Shown here: piece by piece, positions 1 to 10,450 of the stretch
Layout of the letters: every line of letters begins with the position of its first letter
Position numbering within the stretch: the stretch's first letter is position 1
Assembly (NCBI RefSeq): GCF_046119375.1
Contig: NW_027362773.1
Coordinates: 168,826,001 to 168,890,000, forward strand
Source of the DNA: Phyllobates terribilis
Taxonomy: Eukaryota
Direction of reading: 5' to 3'
Length of the DNA: 64,000 bases
The notes under the pieces: generated by a model
The model's database searches: none
The model's input: only the letters and a program-made list of their open reading frames with translations
Told to the model about the DNA's origin: nothing
Made by a program: the position numbers and the translations under genes

Positions 1-3000
1 CCTGTATATACTGTGTACACCCCCCGTCCTGTATACACTGTGTACACCCCCCCGTCCTGTATATACTGTGTACACCCCTCCGTCCTGTATATACTGTGTA
101 CACCCCCCCGTCCTGTATATACTGTGTACACCCCCCCGTCCTGTATACACTGTGTACACCCCCCCGTCCTGTATATACTGTGTACACCCCTCCGTCCTGT
201 ATATACTGTGTACACCCCCCCGTCCTGTATATACTGTGTACACCCCCCCGTCCTGTATACACTGTGTACACCCCCCCGTCTTGTATATACTGTGTACACC
301 CCTCCGTCCTGTATACACTGTGTACACCCCCCCGTCCTGTATATACTGTGTACACCCCCCGTCCTGTATATACTGTGTACACCCCCCCGTCCTGTATATA
401 CTGTGTACACCCCCCCGTCCTGTATATACTGTGTACACCCCTCCGTCCTGTATACACTGTGTACACCCCTCCGTCCTGTATATACTGTGTACACCCCCCG
501 TCCTGTATATACTGTGTACACCCCCCCGTCCTGTATATACTGTGTACACCCCTCCGTCCTGTATATACTGTGTACACACCCCCGTCCTGTATATACTGTG
601 TACACCCCCCCGTCCTGTATACACTGTGTACACCCCTCCGTCCTGTATATACTGTGTACACCCCTCCGTCCTGTATACACTGTGTACACCCCTCCGTCCT
701 GTATATACTGTGTACACCCCTCTGTCCTGTATATACTGTGTACACCCCTCTGTCCTGTATTCACTGTGTACACCCCCCCCGTTCTGTATATACTGTGTAC
801 ACCCCCCCCGTTCTGTATATACTGTGTACACCCCTCTGTCCTGTATATACTGTGTACACCCCTCTGTCCTGTATACACTGTGTACACCCCCCCCGTTCTG
901 TATATACTGTGTACACCCCCCCGTCCTGTATATACTGTGTACACCCCCCGTCCTGTATATACTGTGTACACCCCCCGTCCTGTATATACTGTGTACACCC
1001 CTCCGTCCTGTATATACTGTGTACACCCCTCCGTCCTGTATATACTGTGTACACCCCCCGTCCTGTATATACTGTGTACACCCCTCCGTCCTGTATATAC
1101 TGTGTACACCCCTCCGTCCTGTATATACTGTGTACACCCCCCCCGTCCTGTATATACTGTGTACACCCCCCCGTCCTGTATATACTGTGTACACCCCTCC
1201 GTCCTGTATATACTGTGTACACCCCCCCCGTTCTGTATATACTGTGTACACCCCCCCGTCCTGTATATACTGTGTACACCCCTCCGTCCTGTATATACTG
1301 TGTACACCCCTCCGTCCTGTATATACTGTGTACACCCCCTCCGTCCTGTATATACTGTGTACACCCCTCCGTCCTGTATATACTGTGTACACCCCTCCGT
1401 CCTGTATATACTGTGTACACCCCCTCCGTCCTGTATATACTGTGTACACCCCCGTCCTGTATACACTGTGTACACCCCTCCGTCCTGTATATACTGTGTA
1501 CACCCCCCCGTCCTGTATATACTGTGTACACCCCTCCGTCCTGTATATACTGTGTACACCCCCTCGTCCTGTATATACTGTGTACACCCCCCCGTCCTGT
1601 ATACACTGTGTACACCCCTCCGTCCTGTATATACTGTGTACACCCCCCCGTCTGTATATTACTGTGTACACCCCCCGTCCTGTATATACTGTGTACACCC
1701 CCCCGTCCTGTATATACTGTGTACACCCCTCCGTCCTGTATATACTGTGTACACCCCTCCGTCCTGTATATACTGTGTACACCCCCCCGTCCTGTATATA
1801 CTGTGTACACCCCTCCGTCCTGTATATACTGTGTACACCCCCCCGTCCTGTATATACTGTGTACACCCCGTCCTGTATATACTGTGTACACCCCTCCGTC
1901 CTGTATATACTGTGTACACCCCTCCCGTCCTGTATATACTGTGTACACCCCTCCGTCCTGTATATACTGTGTACACCCCCCCGTCCTGTATATACTGTGT
2001 ACACCCCTCCGTCCTGTATATACTGTGTACACCCCTCCGTCCTGTATATACTGTGTACACCCCTCCGTCCTGTATATACTGTGTACACCCCCGTCCTGTA
2101 TATACTGTGTACACACCCCCGTCCTGTATATACTGTGTACACCCCCCCGTCCTGTATATACTGTGTACACCCCCCCGTCCTGTATATACTGTGTACACCC
2201 CCCGTCCTGTATATACTGTGTACACCCCTCTGTCCCTGTATATACGGTGTACACCCCTCCGTCCTGTATATACTGTGTACACCCCTCCGTCCTGTATATA
2301 CTGTGTACACCCCCGTCCTGTATACACTGTGTACACCCCTCCGTCCTGTATATACTGTGTACACCCCCGTCCTGTATACACTGTGTACACCCCCCCGTCC
2401 TGTATATACTGTGTACACCCTCCGTCCTGTATATACTGTGTACACCCGTCCTGTATACACTGTGTACACCCCTCCGTCCTGTATATACTGTGTACACCCC
2501 CGTCCTGTATACACTGTGTACACCCCTCCGTCCTGTATATACTGTGTACACCCCCGTCCTGTATACACTGTGTACACCCCCCCGTCCTGTATATACTGTG
2601 TACACCCCCCCGTCCTGTATATACTGTGTACACCCCTCCGTCCTGTATATACTGTGTACACCCCTCCGTCCTGTATATACTGTGTACACCCCCGTCCTGT
2701 ATACACTGTGTACACCCCTCCGTCCTGTATATACTGTGTACACCCCCGTCCTGTATACACTGTGTACACCCCTCCGTCCTGTATATACTGTGTACACCCC
2801 TCCGTCCTGTATATACTGTGTACACCCCCCCGTCCTGTATATACTGTGTACACCCCTCCGTCCTGTATATACTGTGTACACCCCCCGTCCTGTATATACT
2901 GTGTACACCCCCCCGTCCTGTATACACTGTGTACACCCCTCCGTCCTGTATATACCTGTGTACACCCCCGTCCTGTATATACTGTGTACACCCCTCCGTC

Positions 3001-6000
3001 CTGTATATACTGTGTACACCCCCCGTCCTGTATAACTGTGTACACCCCTCCGTCCTGTATATACTGTGTACACCCCTCCGTCCTGTATATACTGTGTACA
3101 CCCCCCGTCCTGTATATACTGTGTACACCCCCCCGTCCTGTATATACTGTGTACACCCCCCCGTCTGTATATACTGTGTACACCCCTCCGTCCTGTATAT
3201 ACTGTGTACACCCCCGTCCTGTATACACTGTGTACACCCCTCCGTCCTGTATATACTGTGTACACCCCCGTCCTGTATATACTGTGTACACCCCTCCGTC
3301 CTGTATATACTGTGTACACCCCCCCGTCCTGTATATACTGTGTACACCCCCCCGTCCTGTATATACTGTGTACACCCCTCCGTCCTGTATATACTGTGTA
3401 CACCCCCCGTCCTGTATATACTGTGTACACCCCTCCGTCCTGTATATACTGTGTACACCCCTCGCGTCTGTATCCTGTGTCACCCCTCCGTCCTGTATAT
3501 ACTGTGTACACCCCCCGTCCTGTATATACTGTGTACACCCCTCTGTCCTGTATATACTGTGTGCTCCCCCCCGTCCTGTATATACTGTGTACACCCCCCG
3601 TCCTGTATATACTGTGTACACCCCTCCGTCCTGTATATACTGTGTACACCCCTCCGTCCTGTATATACTGTGTACACCCCCCCCGTCCTGTATATACTGT
3701 GTACACCCCTCCGTCCTGTATATACTGTGTACACCCCTCCGTCCTGTATATACTGTGTACACCCCCCCCGTCCTGTATATACTGTGTACACCCCCCCGTC
3801 CTGTATATACTGTGTACACCCCCCGTCCTGTATATACTGTGTACACCCCCCCGTCCTGTATATACTGTGTACACCCCCCCGTCCTGTATATACTGTGTAC
3901 ACCCCCCCGTCCTGTATATACTGTGTACACCCCCGTCCTGTATATACTGTGTACACCCCTCCGTCCTGTATATACTGTGTACACCCCCCCGTCCTGTATA
4001 TACTGTGTACACCCCTCCGTCCTGTATATACTGTGTACACCCCTCCGTCCTGTATATACTGTGTACACCCCCCCGTCCTGTATATACTGTGTACACCCCT
4101 CCGTCCTGTATATACTGTGTACACCCCTCCGTCCTGTATATACTGTGTACACCCCCCGTCCTGTATATACTGTGTACACCCCTCTGTCCTGTATATACTG
4201 TGTGCTCCCCCCCGTCCTGTATATACTGTGTACACCCCCCGTCCTGTATATACTGTGTACACCCCTCCGTCCTGTATATACTGTGTACACCCCTCCGTCC
4301 TGTATATACTGTGTACACCCCCCCCCGTCCTGTATATACTGTGTACACCCCTCCGTCCTGTATATACTGTGTACACCCCTCCGTCCTGTATATACTGTGT
4401 ACACCCCCCCCGTCCTGTATATACTGTGTACACCCCCCCGTCCTGTATATACTGTGTACACCCCCCCCGTCCTGTATATACTGTGTACACCCCCCCCGTC
4501 CTGTATATACTGTGTACACCCCCCCGTCCTGTATATACTGTGTACACCCCCCCCGTCCTGTATATACTGTGTACACCCCCCCGTCCTGTATATACTGTGT
4601 ACACCCCCCCGTCCTGTATATACTGTGTACACCCCCCGTCCTGTATATACTGTGTACACCCCCGTCCTGTATATACTGTGTACACCCCTCCGTCCTGTAT
4701 ATACTGTGTACACCCCCCCGTCCTGTATATACTGTGTACACCCCTCCGTCCTGTATATACTGTGTACACCCCTCCGTCCTGTATATACTGTGTACACCCC
4801 CCCGTCCTGTATATACTGTGTACACCCCTCCGTCCTGTATATACTGTGTACACCCCTCCGTCCTGTATATACTGTGTACACCCCCCGTCCTGTATATACT
4901 GTGTACACCCCTCTGTCCTGTATATACTGTGTGCTCCCCCCCGTCCTGTATATACTGTGTACACCCCCCGTCCTGTATATACTGTGTACACCCCTCCGTC
5001 CTGTATATACTGTGTACACCCCTCCGTCCTGTATATACTGTGTACACCCCCCCCCGTCCTGTATATACTGTGTACACCCCTCCGTCCTGTATATACTGTG
5101 TACACCCCTCCGTCCTGTATATACTGTGTACACCCCCCCCGTCCTGTATATACTGTGTACACCCCCCCGTCCTGTATATACTGTGTACACCCCCCCCGTC
5201 CTGTATATACTGTGTACACCCCCCCCGTCCTGTATATACTGTGTACACCCCCCCGTCCTGTATATACTGTGTACACCCCCCCGTCCTGTATATACTGTGT
5301 ACACCCCCCCGTCCTGTATATACTGTGTACACCCCCCCCCGTCCTGTATATACTGTGTACACCCCTCCGTCCTGTATATACTGTGTACACCCCTCCGTCC
5401 TGTATATACTGTGTACACCCCTCCGTCCTGTATATACTGTGTACACCCCCCCGTCCTGTATATACTGTGTACACCCCTCCTTCCTGTATATACTGTGTAC
5501 ACCCCCCCGTCCTGTATATACTGTGTACACCCCCCCCGTCCTGTATATACTGTGTACACCCCCCGTCCTGTATATACTGTGTACACCCCCCCCGTCCTGT
5601 ATATACTGTGTACACCCCTCCGTCCTGTATATACTGTGTACACCCCTCCGTCCTGTATATACTGTGTACACCCCCCCCGTCCTGTATATACTGTGTACAC
5701 CCCCCGTCCTGTATATACTGTGTACACCCCCCCCGTCCTGTATATACTGTGTACACCCCTCCGTCCTGTATATACTGTGTACACCCCTCCGTCCTGTATA
5801 TACTGTGTACACCCCCCCCGTCCTGTATATACTGTGTACACCCCTCCGTCCTGTATATACTGTGTACACCCCCCCCCGTCCTGTATATACTGTGTACACC
5901 CCTCCGTCCTGTATATACTGTGTACACCCCTCCGTCCTGTATATACAGTGTACACCCCTCCGTCCTGTATATACTGTGTACACCCCCCCGTCCTGTATAT

Positions 6001-6582
6001 ACTGTGTACACCCCCCCGTCCTGTATATACTGTGTACACCCCTCCGTCCTGTATATACTGTGTACACCCCTCCGTCCTGTATATACTGTGTACACCCCTC
6101 CGTCCTGTATATACTGTGTACACCCCTCCGTCCTGTATATACTGTGTACACCCCTCCGTCCTGTATATACTGTGTACACCCCTCCGTCCTGTATATACTG
6201 TGTACACCCCTCCGTCCTGTATACACTGTGTACACCCCCCCGTCCTGTATATACTGTGTACACCCCCCCGTCCTGTATATACTGTGTACACCCCCCCGTC
6301 CTGTATATACTGTGTACACCCCTCCGTCCTGTATATACTGTGTACACCCCTCCGTCCTGTATACACTGTGTGCTCCCCCCCGTCCTGTATATACTGTGTA
6401 CACCCCCCCGTCCTGTATATACTGTGTACACCCCTCCGTCCTGTATATACTGTGTACACCCCCCCGTCCTGTATATACTGTGTACACCCCCCCGTCCTGT
6501 ATATACTGTGTACACCCCCCCCGTCCTGTATATACTGTGTACACCCCCCCGTCCTGTATATACTGTGTACACCCCTCCGTCC
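1..6582. repeat. Minisatellite, ~28-bp unit CCTGTATATACTGTGTACACCCC(C/T)CCGT, ~235 copies (runs off window start)
   Basis: Direct periodicity; variation is mostly in C-run length and C/T. Confidence 0.99.
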
Positions 6583-6751
6583 TCAGATTCGTTGCTGATG
6601 TATCAGCCGCCATCTTTACTACTTAGTGTCAGAACGTAGAGGGGTCTCCTTAGCGCGGCCCCCTGTATGAGGCCCTAGAGCAAAGAGCCGCGTATAACTG
6701 GCAATGCGGTCGACGACTGAACCCAGATGTGAACATGTAGGCTCGCACCAG

Positions 6752-8397
6752 GGCGGTTGGTGACAGAACGGTCTGCGTCAGGGACAGTAACATCTGCGTC
6801 AGGGCGGTCAGGGACAGGACGGTCTGCATCAGGGACAGGACGGTCTGCGTCAGGGCGGTCAGGGACAGGACGGTCTGCGTCAGGGCGGCGGTGACAGGAC
6901 GGTCTGCACCAGGGACTGGACGGTCTGCGTCAGGGCGGTCGGTGACAGGACAGTCTGCATCAGGGACTGGACGGTCTGCGTCTGGGCGGTCAGGGACAGA
7001 ACGGTCTGCATCAGGGACAGGACGATCTGCGTCAGGACGGTCAGGTACAGGACGGTCTGCATCAGGGACAGGACGGTCTGCGTCAGGGCGGTCTGGGACA
7101 GGACGGTCTGCGTCAGGGCGGTCTGGGAGAGGACGGTCTGCGTCAGGGCGGTCGGTGACAGGACGGTCTGCGTCAGGGAAATTACGGTCTGCGTCAGGGC
7201 GGTCAGGGACAGGACGGTCTGCATCAGGGACAGGACGGTGTGCGTCAGGGCGGTCAGGGACAGGACGGTCTGCGTCAGGGACAGGACGGTCTGCGTCAGG
7301 GACAGGACGATCTGCGTCAGGGACAGGACGGTCTGCGTCAGGGCAGTCAGGGACAGGACGGTCTGCATCAGGGACAGGACAGTCTGCGTCAGGGCGGTCA
7401 GGCACAGGACGTTCTGCGTCAGGGCGGTCGGTGACAGGACGGTCTGCATCAGGGACAGGACGGTCTGCGTCAGGGCGGTCGGTGACAGGACGGTCTGCAT
7501 CAGGGACAGGACGGTCTGCGTCAGGGCGGTCGGTGACAGGACGGTCAGCATCAGGGACTGGACGGTCTGCGTCAGGGCGGTCGGTGACAGGACGGTCTGC
7601 ATCAGGGACTGGACGGTCTGCGTCAGGGACAGGACGGTCTGCATCAGGGACAGGATTGTCTGCGTCAGGGCGGTCGGTGACAGGACGGTCTGCGTCAGGG
7701 ACATTACGGTCTGCGTCAGGGCGGTCAGGGAGAGGGCGGTCAGGGACAGGACGGTCTGTGTCAGGGACATTACGGTCTGCGTCAGGGCGGTCAGGGACAG
7801 GACGGTCTGCGTCAGGGCGGTCAGGGACAGGACGGTCTGTGTCAGGGCGGTCAGGGACAGGACGGTCTGCGTCAGGGCGGTCAGGGACAGGACGGTCTGC
7901 GTCAGGGCGGTCTGTGACAGGACAGTCTGCATCAGGGACAGGACGGTCTGCATCAGGGCGGTCAGGGACAGGACGGTCTGTGTCAGGGACATTACGGTCT
8001 GCGTCAGGGTGGTCAGGGACAGGACGGTCTGCGTCAGGGACAGGATGGTCTGCGTCAGGGCGGTCGGTGACAGGACAGTCTGCGTCAGGGCGGTCGGTGA
8101 CAGGACAGTCTGCGTCAGGGCGGTCGGTGACAGGACGATCTGCGTCAGGGCGGTCGGTGACAGGACAGTGTGCGTCAGGGCGGTCAGTGACAGGACGATC
8201 TGCGTCAGGGCGGTCGGTGACAGGACAGTCTGCGTCAGGGCGGTCGGTGACAGGACGATCTGCGTCAGGGCGGTCGGTGACAGGACAGTGTGCGTCAGGG
8301 CGGTCAGTGACAGGACGATCTGCGTCAGGGCGGTCGGTGACAGGACAGTCTGCGTCAGGGCGGTCAGTGACAGGACGGTCTGCGTCAGGGCGGTCGG
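6752..8397. repeat. Compound minisatellite built from 21-bp (CAGGGACAGGACGGTCTGCGT) and 9-bp (CAGGGCGGT) modules, giving 21/30-bp units
   Basis: Direct inspection. Confidence 0.97.
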
Positions 8398-8521
8398 CAC
8401 CATCTCTTCCATGTCCTGGGTCCTGTCCACCATAGTTTTCGCCGTGTGGTTCGGGTGTTGGACGCTGTTTGTCAGATCCTTCATTGTCGCGGGTTTTCTT
8501 CTCTCACCGCTGTTATTTCAG

Positions 8522-8626
8522 GCGTCTAAATCTGTGGGGAAGGTGTACAGCTTCGGCAAGAGAGACCAGTCTATAAAGAGAAACCCGAGTGTGCCGGTGC
8601 TGGTGCGAGGATGGCTCTACAAGCAG
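8522..8626 (+). CDS. PLEKHA7: PLEKHA7 exon, start of PH domain (ASKSVGKVYSFGKRDQ...GWLYKQ)
   Basis: ttatttcag acceptor, CAG|gtgggc donor, 105 nt, phase 0/0. Confidence 0.95.
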
Positions 8627-8633
8627 GTGGGCA

Positions 8634-8899
8634 GCACTCGTGGAGGGCGGCACTCGTGGAGGGTGGCGCTCGTGGAGGGTGGCGCTCGTGGAGGGCGGCG
8701 CTCGTGGAGGGCGGTGCTTGTGGAGGGTGGTGCTCGTGGAGGGCGGTGCTTGTGGAGGGTGGTGCTCGTGGAGGGCGGTGCTTGTGGAGGGTGGTGCTCG
8801 TGGAGGGTGGCGCTCGTGGAGGGCGGCGCTCGTGGAGGGCGGTGCTTGTGGAGGGTGGCGCTCGTGGAGGGCGGTGCTTGTGGAGGGTGGTGCTCGTGG
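8634..8899. repeat. 17-bp minisatellite GGCGCTCGTGGAGGGYG
   Basis: Direct periodicity, starts ~8 nt after the donor at 8627. Confidence 0.95.
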
Positions 8900-8936
8900 A
8901 CTGCAGAGCTCATTGGGGGGCAGCCCTCGTTGAGGG

Positions 8937-9315
8937 CAGGGCTGTGGAGTTGAAGTCTGAGTCGGAGCCCATTTTTGTGGAGTCGATGTTGGAGTCGGTA
9001 TAAAATGGACCGACTCCGACTCCTAAAATAGATAATAAATTGGGTGCAGTCGTTCAATGCAGTTTGTGGGGAATATTTTTTCATAATAATTTCGGAAAGT
9101 TCTGAACTGTCCTATAAATGTCCGTCCTATTCCTGATCTCAGGGTCTGGACTTTACTGAGATGAATCTGCTGCAGTAAATTTATCACTTACACATCAGCC
9201 GTGTATGAGGGGGTCCGGGAGCCGTGTATGAGGGGGTCCGGGAGCCGTGTATGAGGGGGTCGGAGTCATGGAAATTGGGGAGTCGGAGGTTTGGTTGACC
9301 GACTCCACAGCCCTG
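8937..9315. mobile_element. Non-autonomous DNA transposon (MITE), 379 bp
   Basis: Perfect 14-bp TIRs CAGGGCTGTGGAGT (8937-8950) / ACTCCACAGCCCTG (9302-9315); internal GGAGTCGG/CCGACTCC motifs; AT-richer interior; no clear TSD. Confidence 0.8.
9197..9261. repeat. 23-bp tandem repeat x~3 inside the MITE (AGCCGTGTATGAGGGGGTCCGGG)
   Basis: Copies start at 9197, 9220, 9243. Confidence 0.9.
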
Positions 9316-9324
9316 GCACTCCTC

Positions 9325-9537
9325 GGGAGGGCAGCGCTCGTTGGGAGGGCAGCACTCGTTGGGGGGTCAGCGCTCGTTGGGGGGTCAGCGCTCGTTGGGG
9401 GGTCAGCGCTCGTTGGGGGGGCAGCGCTCGTTGGGAGGGCAGCGCTCGTTGGGAGGGCAGCGCTCGTTGGGGGGTCAGCGCTCTTTGGGAGGGCAGCGCT
9501 CGTTGGGGGGGCAGCGCTCGTTGGGAGGGCAGCGCTC
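9325..9537. repeat. 18-bp minisatellite GCAGCGCTCGTTGGGRGG
   Basis: Direct periodicity. Confidence 0.95.
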
Positions 9538-9572
9538 TCCCCCATGTTCACCATGTCTTGTGCCCTCTACAG

Positions 9573-9645
9573 GACAGCTCAGGGATGAAGCTGTGGAAGA
9601 GGCGGTGGTTCCTGCTCTCAGATTATTGCCTTTTCTACTATAAAG
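9573..9645 (+). CDS. PLEKHA7: PLEKHA7 exon, PH domain (DSSGMKLWKRRWFLLSDYCLFYYK)
   Basis: ctctacag acceptor, AAG|gtgagg donor, 73 nt, phase 0/1. Confidence 0.96.
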
Positions 9646-9721
9646 GTGAGGCCGTGCACTGGGGCTTCAGTCCTCGGACTGTAATAATATAATGGTGTAA
9701 CTGGCCCCCGCCATCTCTCAG

Positions 9722-9822
9722 ACAGCAGGGAAGAAGCCGTCCTGGGCAGCATCCCGCTCCCGAGTTACATCATCTCCGTCACCGGGCCCGAGGATCGGAT
9801 AAACCGCAGATATTCCTTTAAG
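9722..9822 (+). CDS. PLEKHA7: PLEKHA7 exon, PH domain (DSREEAVLGSIPLPSY...YSFK)
   Basis: ctctcag acceptor after a 76-nt intron, AAG|gtaatg donor, 101 nt, phase 1/0. Confidence 0.96.
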
Positions 9823-9890
9823 GTAATGTGGTGCATTTGTAGAGGCTGTCGGCACAAGGAGGACGGAGGCTGTGTCCAGGGCGCAGCATT

Positions 9891-10301
9891 CACCCAGTAT
9901 AGGAGGCCCGCCGCCCCCCAGTATAGGAGGCCCGCCGCCGCCCCCCAGTATAGGAGGCCCGCCGCCGCCCCCCAGTATAGGAGGCCCGCCACCCCCCCCC
10001 CCAGTATAGGAGGCCCGCCGCCCCCCAGTATAGGAGGCCCGCCGCCCCCCAGTATAGGAGGCCCGCCGCCCCCCAGTATAGGAGGCCCGCCGCCGCCCCC
10101 CAGTATAGGAGGCCCGCCGCCGCCCCCCAGTATAGGAGGCCCGCCGCCGCCCCCCAGTATAGGAGGCCCGCCGCCGCCCCCCAGTATAGGAGGCCCGCCG
10201 CCTCCCAGTATAGGAGGCCCGCCGCCCCCCCCCCCAGTATAGGAGGCCCGCCGCCGCCCCCCAGTATAGGAGGCCCGCCGCCCCCCAGTATAGGAGGCCC
10301 G
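9891..10301. repeat. 21-25-bp minisatellite CCCAGTATAGGAGGCCCGCCGCC(GCC)CC
   Basis: Direct periodicity. Confidence 0.96.
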
Positions 10302-10450
10302 CCATCCCCAGACCTGGCGAGGCTGAGCCCCCGGCTGGTTAATCACACACGGCTCGTCAGGACTCCATTCATCCCTCATTACCGCCCGCATTCTTGGCCT
10401 CTGATGCCCACGATCCTTTCCTCATGAATGACCCCGAGCCGCCGTCGCTC

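Noticed and set aside
13-6639. 1000-2200-aa Cys/Tyr/Pro-rich ORFs in several frames on both strands
   Set aside because: Translations of a stop-free 28-bp minisatellite; all frames are open, and indels shuffle the frames freely, so there is no coding constraint
6650-8484. Minus-strand ORFs (TALTQTVLS antifreeze-like; DADRPVP)
   Set aside because: Antisense translations of the 21/30-bp array; no splice or promoter support
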